Assembly (NCBI GenBank): GCA_964652955.1
Contig: CAZZCF010000004.1
Coordinates: 12,514 to 76,513, forward strand
DNA: 64,000 bases
Source: an uncultured Leptospirales bacterium
Lineage (GTDB): Bacteria > Spirochaetota > UBA4802 > JAKQUI01
Direction: 5' to 3'
A program made the position numbers and the translations under genes. Under the pieces are notes generated by a model. The model was not told the DNA's origin, ran no database searches, and saw nothing but the letters and a program-made list of their open reading frames with translations. Shown here piece by piece: positions 29,343 to 39,210 of the stretch. Every line of letters starts with the position of its first letter. Positions within the stretch are counted from its first letter, which is position 1.

Positions 29343-30929
29343 TTATCTCCCGCAGGCGCGCTTGAGTATTTCAAGATACTTTCGCGCGGCATTGATGCCG
29401 GGATACCTGTTCGAACGGAGAATGCGAATCGCCTTTTCAATGTAGGGGATTCCCTGGCAGGACCTCTTGAGCTTGTGGTGGTAGATGCCGATCCACCAGA
29501 GGGTAATGGCGTATTCGCTGGTGTTCTGAAGATTCAGGCCTTCCATGATATTCTTTGATAACAGCGCGTATTCCATCGCCTTCTGCTGATCTCCTCTGCT
29601 GTGATAATAGGAGCTCACATTGTTCATGGTGGCGGCATATTCATAGGTTTTCGTCAGCCCCAGCTCCTTCATGATTTTCATGTTCTGTTGATAATAGGGG
29701 AAGGCGGTATCGGGTTCTCCTTTATCATCGTATGCTGTTGCAATGTTGTTTAAAACCGTGGCAAAATGTTTGGTATTCTGATGACCGGATCGCTCCTCGA
29801 TCTTCTTTGCTCTGAAGAAGTAGGTGAGCGCTGTATCGTTTTTTTTCATCATCTTGTACGCCATTCCGATGTTATTCAGAACTGAGGCGGCCTCGATGGT
29901 ATCCTGCAGATTGAGCTTTTCGTAAATGGCGAGCGCTTTGAAATAGTATTGCAGCGCCCTCTGGTATTCACCCCTGAGCCGGTACACCATGCCAATGTTC
30001 CCCGTCGTTGCAGCATAATCGGTGGTCTGTTGCATCTTGAGGTTTTCCATAATCTCCTCTGCTCTGAAGTAATGCTGGAGGGATTTATCGAAGGCTCCCT
30101 GCAGCTGGTATACGGCTCCCAGGCCGTTCATGACGGTGGCGAAATTGTTGCTGTCCTGGAGCCGCTGTTTTCGGAGTACCTCCTCGGCACGGCGGTAATA
30201 GCCGATTGATTTTTGATGCTGGCTTATATCATAATATATCCATCCGGTTCTGTTCAGGGCGTCGAAATAGTCGGGACTGATGCGCAGCGCCTCAAGGTAG
30301 TATTGCAAAGCCTTTTGTGGATTGGTTTCGTGCACCTCCAGCCCCCGTGAATACCACCGGAACGCAGTGAAGCTCGGTTTGCTTCTCCGCGAGATGCGCT
30401 CCCGATCTTTACCGCCGAAGACGACCGGCTTGACATCGGCGATGTGTATCTTCTCAGCTTCTGTCATCAGGCTGATTGTTATGGAATCCTGGAGCTCGAA
30501 TATCTTTTCAAGTGTTCCGTCGAGCTTGGTGGATCTGAAAATCTCTCCGGTTTCGACCGTAATCAGCTTTGCATGGACCCGTATCCGATTATCCCATACG
30601 AGATAGCTCCCGGTGAAGATGATGTTGGCGCCGGTCATCTTCCCCGCCTTCACGATGGTTTCCTCCCTGAGGAGTCCGGTCATCCCGAGTTCAAGCTCTC
30701 TCGCCACCCGCCGGCGATCGCGATCAGATATCACGTGGACGCCCGTGAGCGTATTCAGATCGGAGATAACCGTATCTGTCATTCCGGCTGCTATCCAGGA
30801 GTACTTCTTGTCGCCGGTGTTCTTGAAGGGGTACACCAGAATGTTCATTGTCCCGCTGTCTGAGAAGACGGGACGGGTTGCCAGTATCGAGATGATGAGA
30901 ACGAGAGGAGAAAGGTACCGTCGTATCAT
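29343..30929 (-). CDS. secreted protein with CsgG/LpoB-like N-terminal domain and C-terminal TPR repeats
   Basis: Signal peptide. ILVYPFKNTGDKKYSWIAAGMTDTVISDL...GANIIFTGSYLVWDNRIRVHAKLITVETGEI resembles the CsgG/FlgO-type periplasmic fold. At least 7 TPR-like repeats follow. Confidence 0.65.
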   Translation of the reverse strand: MIRRYLSPLVLIISILATRPVFSDSGTMNILVYPFKNTGDKKYSWIAAGMTDTVISDLNTLTGVHVISDRDRRRVARELELGMTGLLREETIVKAGKMTGANIIFTGSYLVWDNRIRVHAKLITVETGEIFRSTKLDGTLEKIFELQDSITISLMTEAEKIHIADVKPVVFGGKDRERISRRSKPSFTAFRWYSRGLEVHETNPQKALQYYLEALRISPDYFDALNRTGWIYYDISQHQKSIGYYRRAEEVLRKQRLQDSNNFATVMNGLGAVYQLQGAFDKSLQHYFRAEEIMENLKMQQTTDYAATTGNIGMVYRLRGEYQRALQYYFKALAIYEKLNLQDTIEAASVLNNIGMAYKMMKKNDTALTYFFRAKKIEERSGHQNTKHFATVLNNIATAYDDKGEPDTAFPYYQQNMKIMKELGLTKTYEYAATMNNVSSYYHSRGDQQKAMEYALLSKNIMEGLNLQNTSEYAITLWWIGIYHHKLKRSCQGIPYIEKAIRILRSNRYPGINAARKYLEILKRACGR

Positions 30930-31199
30930 ACTATCCTCGCTTTTTTCTCAAATCGGAATGGGAACCGGATTATCGGGATTATGGCTGCAGTATACGGGAG
31001 CATGTCAGTTCTGTAAAGAAATTTCATTTTTATCCGGATTCCCCTGACAGACTATCGGCATCACTCCCGCGAAGGGGCTGTTTTTTTGCAGAAAAAAAGC
31101 AGTCTTTCCGCTCTCCTGATTCGTATACCTTGCAGGGAGCCGATCATGGACCGTGCCGCATCGCTGCCCATGTCGGAATAGCACAAGGGAGATGGTTCT

Positions 31200-32033
31200 A
31201 TGAGTCATTACAGGAGAGGCGTGCTTATCGTTGTTATGCTCTTCAGCTGCGGATTCCCCGAGAAGTATCAGGGTGAGATTATCGGGGATGAGAGAACCGG
31301 CCTCGAGATATACCTGCCACGGAGAACGCTCACGATTGGCGAGAGGGTGGCAGCTCGAGCTCTCTGGATATATTCGACCGGTGAGAAATTGTTCGCGGAG
31401 GAATCGGAAGCGAGCTGGCGAGTCGAGGGTGCAGCAATAGCCGTTGAAGGGAGAGGCGTTGTTTCAGCCTGTGCTGCGGGGGAGGGAATCCTGATCGCCA
31501 CCCTCGGGGATTACAGCGCCACCGAGGTCGTTACCGTCGTGAAGCCGGTGGATTATTCCCATCTGAAGCTGTGCGAGGTGTTCTATGACGACATCGGGAG
31601 CGATGACGCAGAATTTATTGAAATTTATAACGGGAGTGATGAGGATCTCGATCTCTCGGGAGTGATGCTGGTGGATGGCAACGAGAATAGCACTCCCTTT
31701 GCCTTTCCCGAGAACAGCATTATCCCTGCGCTGGACAGAGCAGTCATTGCGAAATCCTCAGACAGCTTTCTGAATCGTTTTGGCGTACCGCCGGATTATG
31801 CGGGATTCAGCTTCTCGCTCAACAATACCGGGGAGACCGTATTCCTGAAAGTGGATGAGATGATAATCGACGCTGTTTATATTGAAGGCGGATCGTCAGA
31901 ATTCCCCGCTGATCTCAACTGGGGATCCGAAACCCTCCCCGCAGCGAGTGAGGGAAACGCCGTTCACCGGATCGCGGGAGATACTGACACCTTTGCGGAT
32001 TGGATGAGCGGAGAACCGGGTCCCGGCCAGTGA
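31200..32033 (+). CDS. lamin-tail-domain (LTD) lipoprotein
   Basis: Lipobox LFSCGF. C-terminal LTD signature LKLCEVFYDDIGSDDAEFIEIYNGSDEDLDLSGVMLVDGNENS...NNTGETVFL. Confidence 0.65.
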   Translation: MSHYRRGVLIVVMLFSCGFPEKYQGEIIGDERTGLEIYLPRRTLTIGERVAARALWIYSTGEKLFAEESEASWRVEGAAIAVEGRGVVSACAAGEGILIATLGDYSATEVVTVVKPVDYSHLKLCEVFYDDIGSDDAEFIEIYNGSDEDLDLSGVMLVDGNENSTPFAFPENSIIPALDRAVIAKSSDSFLNRFGVPPDYAGFSFSLNNTGETVFLKVDEMIIDAVYIEGGSSEFPADLNWGSETLPAASEGNAVHRIAGDTDTFADWMSGEPGPGQ

Positions 32034-32047
32034 GAACGGGGTGCCGT

Positions 32048-32446
32048 TTACGTCTTTTTATCGAAGTACGTTTTTTCAATGTACTTCGTAATGATCGCAT
32101 CCCGCTTTTCATCAGCCTGAATAAATAAGCAGCCGTATCGCCAGTTGTTGATTACCTTCTTTATGTACATCACCCTCAGCTCATCTTTTCTGAAGCTGGT
32201 GATGACCTTGTACACGACCTTGATGATATCACCTTCCGTGAGTATGTTGTTCCCGATCTCAATGCACAATCCTCCCAGCGAGATGTTGTTCACCCAGCAC
32301 TCCTCTGCATCGGTATCGTTCTCCTCGACTATTCGGTAGTATGCCTGTTGAAAAAAGTCGTAACGGGGATGTTTCCTCTCATTAACTTTTGCTGCATCTT
32401 TATTTTTCTTCTTTTTAAACACCGAATTCCTCCGATGAATGAACAA
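32048..32446 (-). CDS. PilZ-domain c-di-GMP-binding protein
   Basis: RKHPRYDF (RxxxR) and NISLGGLCIE (D/NxSxGG) form the bipartite PilZ motif. Confidence 0.6.
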   Translation of the reverse strand: MFIHRRNSVFKKKKNKDAAKVNERKHPRYDFFQQAYYRIVEENDTDAEECWVNNISLGGLCIEIGNNILTEGDIIKVVYKVITSFRKDELRVMYIKKVINNWRYGCLFIQADEKRDAIITKYIEKTYFDKKT

Positions 32447-32690
32447 AGGTAATGAAACGCTTTGCCCCCCTTGGCGGGCTGTCAGAGAGAATATAAGGTC
32501 ATGTGGTTGAGTATCTCTTTATGTTGTTGCTTTACATCTTTGTACAATAATACGATTATACCGACGGCATAATGCAACTCTTTTTTACCCCTGCGGCGAC
32601 TTTTGAGCAGTTCTCCTCTTCGCAATGTTCATGCTGCGGGGCGGGAGGAGAAATTTACTAAAAAATTTTTTTAAATTTCCGTAAATTATA

Positions 32691-32719
32691 TTGACACCAT
32701 TCAACAGGGTGCTTTAATT
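32691..32719 (+). promoter_or_regulatory. sigma70-like promoter for the leu leader transcript
   Basis: TTGACA at 32691-32696, 17-bp spacer, TTAATT at 32714-32719; AGGA RBS and leader ATG follow. Confidence 0.4.
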
Positions 32720-32742
32720 TTAACCAGGATATGGAATAAATA

Positions 32743-32814
32743 AATGACATTGCGAAATCACATTCTGTTTCTACTACTAATTCCACATGAAAAAACCGGG
32801 TGGAGAGTTTCGTG
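32743..32814 (+). CDS. leucine-rich leader peptide (transcription attenuator) MTLRNHILFLLLIPHEKTGWRVS
   Basis: 23-codon ORF with 5 Leu, including three consecutive CUA codons, plus Ile and Phe. Lies 180 bp upstream of leuA and is followed at 32841-32878 by a GC-rich hairpin and a T-run. Confidence 0.55.
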
Positions 32815-32840
32815 ATGTAATGGTATTACAGTTGCGATTT

Positions 32841-32878
32841 AAGGCCGTCATGGAGTTCTCCGTGACGGCCTTTTTAGT
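32841..32878 (+). terminator. attenuator terminator hairpin upstream of leuA
   Basis: aggccgtcatggag / ctccgtgacggcct inverted repeat (one G-U wobble) followed by ttttagttt. Confidence 0.55.
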
Positions 32879-32994
32879 TTATGGGGATATATGGAGGTGC
32901 AGGGAATGACTCTCCCGTGTATGCTACTGTTCTTTCAGGAAGGGAGTGCGGAATTTTTCGATTATCAAATTAATCATAATGAGGAGCACATACT

Positions 32995-34569
32995 ATGAGT
33001 GAAAAGGATAAGATAATAATTTTCGATACCACCCTCCGGGATGGAGAACAATCCCCCGGCTTCAGCATGAATATTGATGAGAAGCTTCACTTTGCCAGAC
33101 AGCTCGTGAAGCTGGGCGTTGATGTTATTGAAGCGGGATTTCCCATCGCCTCGAAGGGTGATTTTGATGCGGTAAAGAGAATTGCCGAGTTGGTTCGGGG
33201 CGTTCAGGTCACTGCGCTCGGGAGAGCGAATGCTGAGGATATCGATGCTGCCTGGGAAGCGATAAAGGACGCCGAGAGCCCCCGCATCCATACCTTCATC
33301 TCCAGCTCGGATATACACATACAGCATCAGTTGAGGATGAGCAGAGAGGATGTTCTCGCCCATGCGGTCGCGGCAGTCCAACGTGCAAAGTCATATACGG
33401 ATAATGTTGAGTTCTCCCCGATGGATGCGACACGAAGTGACCCTGCCTACGTTGCCGCGATGATTCAGGCGGTTATCGATGCCGGTGCGACAACGGTGAA
33501 CATCCCGGATACGGTCGGATATGCAATCCCCTCGGAATTTGCTTCGTTCATCCGCTATCTCATGAAGGAGGTGAAAAATATCAACCGGGTGATTCTGTCG
33601 GTGCACTGCCACGATGATCTCGGGCTCGCCGTTGCGAACTCCCTGGCCGCCATTGAAGCGGGCGCCCGCCAGGTAGAGTGTACGGTAAACGGAATCGGTG
33701 AACGAGCGGGGAATACCTCTCTCGAGGAAATTGTCATGGCAATACGAACCAGGAGCGATCTCTTTCAGGGGTGTACCGGTGTTGATACAACGCAGTTAAT
33801 GGCGACGAGCAGGCTCCTCTCCCATATCACGGGAGTTACCGTCCAGCCCAACAAGGCGGTTGTTGGCGCCAATGCCTTTTCTCACGAATCCGGCATCCAT
33901 CAGGACGGGCTGCTCAAGAATTCGATGACTTACGAGATCATGAAGCCTGAAGATGTCGGTATCAAGAAATCAACGCTCGTCCTGGGAAAGCACTCGGGAC
34001 GGCATGCGGTGGTCGACCGATTGAAGAGCCTAGGGTACGAGTTCAACGATGAGGAGCTTGACCGATTCTTCAAGTACTTCAAAGCTCTTGCCGATGTCAA
34101 GAAGCAGATTTACGATGAGGACATTGAAGTGCTCATCGGAGAAGCGATATACAAAGAACAGGGTCGTTTCAAGGTAACCGATATTCAGATATCAACCGGA
34201 ATGCACTCCCCGCCGATGGCCAGCATAACCGTTAAGGATCGCAACAGCGATGGTGAAGTAAGCTTCGATGTCGCCCATGGAAACGGTGGTGTTGACGCGG
34301 GCGTCAATGCAGTGAAGCAGATCACCGGAACCACCGCGAAGATAGAGTCCTTCAATCTCGTTGCCATCACGGGGGGATCGGATGCGCTCTGTGAAGTTAC
34401 CGTTCAGGTTAAGGAGGATTTTGAAGGAGCGGAATTCAGGGTGTTCGGACACGGTGTGAATATTGACATCTCGGTGGCCGGTATTCTCTCCTTTGTTGAT
34501 GCGCTCAACAAGCTCGAGTATAAGAAGAAGTTAAACGGAGCAAAACAGCGGGCAGAGGTGCGTCTGTAG
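32995..34569 (+). CDS. leuA: 2-isopropylmalate synthase (LeuA/CimA family, with C-terminal LeuA-dimer regulatory domain)
   Basis: IFDTTLRDGEQSPG HMGL-like N-terminus; HCHDDLGLAVANSLAAIEAGA; 524 aa with C-terminal allosteric domain. The Leu leader peptide upstream favours LeuA over citramalate synthase. Confidence 0.8.
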   Translation: MSEKDKIIIFDTTLRDGEQSPGFSMNIDEKLHFARQLVKLGVDVIEAGFPIASKGDFDAVKRIAELVRGVQVTALGRANAEDIDAAWEAIKDAESPRIHTFISSSDIHIQHQLRMSREDVLAHAVAAVQRAKSYTDNVEFSPMDATRSDPAYVAAMIQAVIDAGATTVNIPDTVGYAIPSEFASFIRYLMKEVKNINRVILSVHCHDDLGLAVANSLAAIEAGARQVECTVNGIGERAGNTSLEEIVMAIRTRSDLFQGCTGVDTTQLMATSRLLSHITGVTVQPNKAVVGANAFSHESGIHQDGLLKNSMTYEIMKPEDVGIKKSTLVLGKHSGRHAVVDRLKSLGYEFNDEELDRFFKYFKALADVKKQIYDEDIEVLIGEAIYKEQGRFKVTDIQISTGMHSPPMASITVKDRNSDGEVSFDVAHGNGGVDAGVNAVKQITGTTAKIESFNLVAITGGSDALCEVTVQVKEDFEGAEFRVFGHGVNIDISVAGILSFVDALNKLEYKKKLNGAKQRAEVRL

Positions 34570-34634
34570 GCGAACCGATTGTTGTGTAAATAAAGAGTGC
34601 AGAGCGCGAAACGTTCTCGATTCGCTCCTGTCTG

Positions 34635-36272
34635 CTATGCTTTTTCCTCCTGATGCTCTCCGGCGCTGTGCACGTTCTCCCGGCGGAGGAGCGGCTCGGG
34701 ATTTTGGATCAGGAGCAGTCTTCCCCAGACCTTCTGTGCACCACGGAACCTGTTGCCAACCATGTGAATATTAATGATATCGTCGGCGGTTTCCCAGAGG
34801 GGGAAGAAGGGATGCTGCAGATGTGATCCGATATCGAGATGGCCATAGACGGCAATAATGCAGCCGAGACTCAGCATTCCGGCGTGAATGGCAATGCCGG
34901 TTTTCACGCCGGGCCAGAGGTATCCGGGCGTTGTGTTGAGCGAAGGGAAGAATCCCTTGATGAGATTCCGGTAGCGGGAATAGCTTGACCGCGGTATGAG
35001 GTTATACGGTATTCGGTCATGCTTCCAGAGATTGAGCGATGAGTGCTTGATATCAGCGCAGTGCAGTTGCGGTGGTTTGGTGTCGGGTACGTAGATTTTG
35101 TTCGAGTGATAGACGCAGCTGACGCGCGTCGCCATCCCCCTCTGATCCCGTTCGTCGATGCAAAAGACAATCATGCGGGCATTCGTCATCTGAATGAGGT
35201 GCCTGTGGATGTGGTGAAAGTACCGGATGGTGAAACCCCTGTTGTAGTACTGCGGATCGGGAAAGACGTCACGGATTATCCAGACGCGGTATGTGCCGGG
35301 GCGTGAGTCCTCCATCCCCGGTGCCATCTCCTGCAGCGATCGATATACCTGCATCTCCTCTTCTGCCGATCGAAAGCGGGGCATGATCGCTCTCAGCAAC
35401 GGGGCAGCGGCTCGGTGCCGATTTTCAAACCAGCCGAGGATTCGATTTCCTGCTGCGATGAGATCATCCCGAGTGAGCACCCGCTTGCGCCAGAAAACCG
35501 TTGCCTGATAGTGATACTTGTCAGAATCCCGCGCATACTGCTCGGGCACCAGGGTTCGATTGTACTGTATCCACTTCTCACGGCCCATCGACCGGTAGTC
35601 GCTCTGCTGTACGAAGAGTGCCACCTTGTAAATGAAGAAGAGGCTCATAATAACGGAGATGCCCCTGAAGAGGTATCCCGCCCACTGCATGTATTTTATT
35701 CTCACTGCTGAAAAAGCTCCGGCGACAAACTGCACAGCCAGATAGCCGATCAGGAAAACGATGGAGAGGTAGATAATGTAATAGTTATGCCAGTATATCT
35801 TCTCCCAGCCGCCGTACATCTCCGTTTTGGGCCACATGAGGGCAATGCCCCCCCATGGTCCGGGCGGAGTGGGGAGATCGCCGATGAAGTGGGCGAGGCA
35901 GCCGATATATGCAGCCAGGAGTGCGCCGATGAATCTCCGGATCCTCCCCTCCAGCGGCACCTTCTCCCTGCGGAAGAGGTTTCGTATCCCCCTGAGGGCA
36001 ATTGCAATGGTGATGTAGATAAGTGCAATGATGCTCGCGAAGATGGCAGCGCCGATGAGCGAGTGCCCCATCATGTGATGCGAATACCACCATTTTCCGA
36101 AATAGATGCGGTGATTGAACAAGAGGGAGACGGCATCGATGTCGGGCAGCAGGGAGCTGATGATAAAAATCACCGTGAGAGCCCGGTAGGACACCTTGAA
36201 TGATTTATTGAGAACCGGTGAGAGAACGCCGCCAACTCCCACGCCGCTTGCACAGTGCGCGATGGGGGTCAT
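34635..36272 (-). CDS. membrane-bound metal-dependent hydrolase (YdjM/DUF457-like N-terminal TM domain) with C-terminal metallophosphoesterase-like domain (tentative)
   Basis: N-terminal His-rich TM region (SHHMMGHS, HFIGD). C-terminal MIVFCIDERDQRG (cf. GDxxDRG), VYGHLDIGSH (cf. GHxH) and NIHMVGN. The phosphoesterase assignment is low confidence. Confidence 0.45.
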   Translation of the reverse strand: MTPIAHCASGVGVGGVLSPVLNKSFKVSYRALTVIFIISSLLPDIDAVSLLFNHRIYFGKWWYSHHMMGHSLIGAAIFASIIALIYITIAIALRGIRNLFRREKVPLEGRIRRFIGALLAAYIGCLAHFIGDLPTPPGPWGGIALMWPKTEMYGGWEKIYWHNYYIIYLSIVFLIGYLAVQFVAGAFSAVRIKYMQWAGYLFRGISVIMSLFFIYKVALFVQQSDYRSMGREKWIQYNRTLVPEQYARDSDKYHYQATVFWRKRVLTRDDLIAAGNRILGWFENRHRAAAPLLRAIMPRFRSAEEEMQVYRSLQEMAPGMEDSRPGTYRVWIIRDVFPDPQYYNRGFTIRYFHHIHRHLIQMTNARMIVFCIDERDQRGMATRVSCVYHSNKIYVPDTKPPQLHCADIKHSSLNLWKHDRIPYNLIPRSSYSRYRNLIKGFFPSLNTTPGYLWPGVKTGIAIHAGMLSLGCIIAVYGHLDIGSHLQHPFFPLWETADDIINIHMVGNRFRGAQKVWGRLLLIQNPEPLLRRENVHSAGEHQEEKA

Positions 36273-36988
36273 TCTTTCCCTCCGTAATTCTTTCGGTGTA
36301 TTCGGATGAATCTCATCATTTCGCCGCCGATTGCCCGATCATCGGTGTACGATCTTATTGCCGACGCGATATAAGGGATTGCCGGTTTGAGCGCCATCCC
36401 CAGAAGGTACAGGCCGGCATAATAGATGATGAGCATTTCGCCCCAGTCGGGCAGCGGGGCGAGAATGCCCCAGAAGCTCTTTCTGATATAGTATGAGCTC
36501 AATGAGGTGATGATTGCGAGGCACGCCCAAACCATGCCCAGTATCTTTCCCCACCGCTGATTGCGCAGTATCCCGATCCCCGATACCCAGAGGAGCAGGG
36601 GGAGCATCTCACAACCGTAGTTGAATATGGCCAGCCAGCTGCCGAACTGCAGGACCTCACGGTACCCGATGATGGCTATGCGGATCGCCGCCCAGAAGGT
36701 TGCGGTGAAGCCGATGAGGACGTGCAGCAGCCCGATCACCGTGTCGAGCAGACCCCGGCGAAAGGTTCTGGGTGCTTTCTTGTCCCTCTCGCCATTGTGG
36801 TCGACTGGACTCGTTTGCATCTGAAAAGCTTCTCCGTGTTTACGAGCCGGTTTGCCGGGACTCTTGAAAGAGGATTTCAGCCATGCCGGTATCATGTCCA
36901 GAACGGAGTGGCGTTCATGCTCCCCTGCTCCTGTCGAGGGGCGGGGATCGATGAGCTCATTGAGTCTGGATGACAGTTTGACCGGCAT
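36269..36988 (-). CDS. hypothetical membrane protein
   Basis: 239 aa with 5-6 TM helices; 4-bp overlap with the downstream gene suggests translational coupling. Confidence 0.5.
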   Translation of the reverse strand: MPVKLSSRLNELIDPRPSTGAGEHERHSVLDMIPAWLKSSFKSPGKPARKHGEAFQMQTSPVDHNGERDKKAPRTFRRGLLDTVIGLLHVLIGFTATFWAAIRIAIIGYREVLQFGSWLAIFNYGCEMLPLLLWVSGIGILRNQRWGKILGMVWACLAIITSLSSYYIRKSFWGILAPLPDWGEMLIIYYAGLYLLGMALKPAIPYIASAIRSYTDDRAIGGEMMRFIRIHRKNYGGKE

Positions 36989-37143
36989 TGCGAAAGGGTC
37001 CTCGATTCATGGTGAATAAAAGTATTGAAATAGGATGCTCATGATATTGTCTTGTTTCTGCACGTCAACACATAATACACTCACCACCATCTCGGCGATA
37101 TCGCTATTCCACTCTCCCTGACGGTAAAGGGGGTGCTACTCAA

Positions 37144-39159
37144 TCAGTGTACGGAGGGATGCCGGCGACTGAAAAAGTCGCGTTTTTCCCGGATGCTGGC
37201 ATTGTATTGGGGTAGAATCCTGTTGTGGAAGTGAACGAAGGTTTGCAGGCTCTTCAGCTGTTCGGCATAGGGTTTGCAGTTGAGTGGCTGCTCTTCTGCC
37301 GGATCGCCCTTGAGATCATATGCCCAGCACCGATTTTCCCTCAGAGAGTACGATACCTTGATCTTTTCACTGCTCAGCGATGAGATGGTTTCTTCCTGTC
37401 CGTAGAAGAAGATGTACCTGCGGCTCAGTGAGCTGTGAAACAGGGATTCTCCCTGCAGGAGGAGTGGATCATAGGGGATGCGCATCGAATCGAGAATGGT
37501 GGGCAGAATATCCACATGGCTCGTCGGGTAGTCGATAACGTTCGGCTTGAAGAGCACGGGCTGATAGAACACCGCCGGAGCCTGGAGGTTCTCGTTGTAG
37601 CTGTAGCGGAAGTGCATGAAATTATTGGGGTGATGCTGCCCGAATGCCTGCCCGTGATCGCCGACAATGACGAGTATGGTGCGGTCGAGCAGATCCTGTT
37701 CTTTCAGATGTACGTAGAGCCGCTCGATAAGCCTATCGAGGAGATAGAGGTTATTATAGTAGAGATCAATCAGACGGCCGGAAGACGGAACGATATGATA
37801 CGGGGTGCCGTAATCGAAGTAGGGATAGTGGGCGACGAAGCTGATGTAGATCCCCAGAAAGGGCTCGCGGGCGGCGGTTAACCGCTCGAGAAAGAATTGC
37901 ATGGTGTCCCGCTCGTCCCGTGCGATGTAATGGCCGGCAGGCCGGTATGCCTCCTGTACCTTGAAAGAGAGATTCTCGAAGTGGAACATCTGTATGCCGC
38001 TGTTCTTGAGGAAGGCGGTCGGGAAATACCAGTATATTGAAGAGGGCGTCACCAGGAATCCGTCGTACTCCTTGCCGAGGAAGGTGTACAGGGACGGCGT
38101 TGCGGCATCGGGCCGTGTGCTGAAGGTCTCTTTGTGAAAAAAATCGTACAGGCCACTGAGAAGTGAGAAAACCGCCCGTGAGCTGATATTGGATGTCGTG
38201 TAGTGCTGTGAGAGATACCAGCCCCTTTTCGAGAGATCCCTGAGAAAGGGCATGGGAGTGACTCCGGAACCGGCATTGAAGATATACCGCTTGCCGACAG
38301 ATTCCATAATGATAAATACAACATTCCACCTCTGATGCTGATGAGGCGGAATCAGCTTAACCGGCGTCATGTTTTTGACATACTTCTCCGAGATGAGCTG
38401 CATTCCGCACGGTGTCACCTCCGGCAGCGCTGACAGCTCCTGCTCGGCGGAGCGCTGCTGGGAGGCCATGTCGCCGATGAGAAAGATAACCGGATTCATT
38501 CTGATTTCGGGAGCGAGGGGTTTCTCATCGGAGAGAAGACCGGCGGGGACAAACAGGATCAAGAGAAGCATAGTCGCCGCGGAGATTCGGCCGATCCATC
38601 GCCTGAGGGGATCGCCCCTGAGCAACAGGAGGAAGAGGAGGAGGGGTGCGGCGAGCATGATATAATCGTCGATTTCGATATAGGGGAGGACGCCGGCAAA
38701 GGATACATTTGCTGAGAGCTCTCTGATGACGGCTGCGCTCAGCCCGGTTTGCGCGGCGAAGAGGAGGCGGGAGTGGGTCTCATAGATGAGGATGGTAGTG
38801 AATATGGTTATCAGAATGATGAGAATACCGACCGGTGATGCCGCTCTCACGGAGGTTTTCCGAAAGAGATGTGAGATCATCCAGGATATAAGGGTCAGGC
38901 AGAGCACAAAGAGGCAGTCGGTAGGAACATACTGCGTAATGAACAGCAGTGTCTGTCCGTCGGGATTGAAGTCAAAGGGTTTGACCGGTTCGTGCATGAG
39001 ATCCAGCGTCAGGAGGATTCGATACGTGAGGGTTATGATAAACATGGTGATGAAAAGAGCGGCAGTCGCTCTGCCGATTGCTGCTCGCAGTGATCCGAAC
39101 ATCTCGCGTATTGCGCGAAGAGGAAATCGGTTTTTAGTATTTGGGTCGGTTGTATTCAT
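37144..39159 (-). CDS. LTA-synthase / sulfatase-like phosphotransferase family membrane protein (alkaline-phosphatase superfamily)
   Basis: N-terminal 5-TM domain then an extracytoplasmic sulfatase-fold domain: IIMESVGKRYIF, TTSNISSRAVFSLLSGLY, VIVGDHGQAFGQHH. Confidence 0.75.
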   Translation of the reverse strand: MNTTDPNTKNRFPLRAIREMFGSLRAAIGRATAALFITMFIITLTYRILLTLDLMHEPVKPFDFNPDGQTLLFITQYVPTDCLFVLCLTLISWMISHLFRKTSVRAASPVGILIILITIFTTILIYETHSRLLFAAQTGLSAAVIRELSANVSFAGVLPYIEIDDYIMLAAPLLLFLLLLRGDPLRRWIGRISAATMLLLILFVPAGLLSDEKPLAPEIRMNPVIFLIGDMASQQRSAEQELSALPEVTPCGMQLISEKYVKNMTPVKLIPPHQHQRWNVVFIIMESVGKRYIFNAGSGVTPMPFLRDLSKRGWYLSQHYTTSNISSRAVFSLLSGLYDFFHKETFSTRPDAATPSLYTFLGKEYDGFLVTPSSIYWYFPTAFLKNSGIQMFHFENLSFKVQEAYRPAGHYIARDERDTMQFFLERLTAAREPFLGIYISFVAHYPYFDYGTPYHIVPSSGRLIDLYYNNLYLLDRLIERLYVHLKEQDLLDRTILVIVGDHGQAFGQHHPNNFMHFRYSYNENLQAPAVFYQPVLFKPNVIDYPTSHVDILPTILDSMRIPYDPLLLQGESLFHSSLSRRYIFFYGQEETISSLSSEKIKVSYSLRENRCWAYDLKGDPAEEQPLNCKPYAEQLKSLQTFVHFHNRILPQYNASIREKRDFFSRRHPSVH

Positions 39160-39210
39160 GTCCGGGTGTATCGCTGAAGTGATGATATGATACTGCCTGC
39201 AGCGGTTCCA

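Noticed and set aside
31081-31110. A/T-run inverted repeat gctgtttttttgcagaaaaaaagcag upstream of the LTD lipoprotein gene
   Set aside because: The stem would be almost entirely A-U pairs; more likely a simple homopolymer-rich spacer than a functional terminator.
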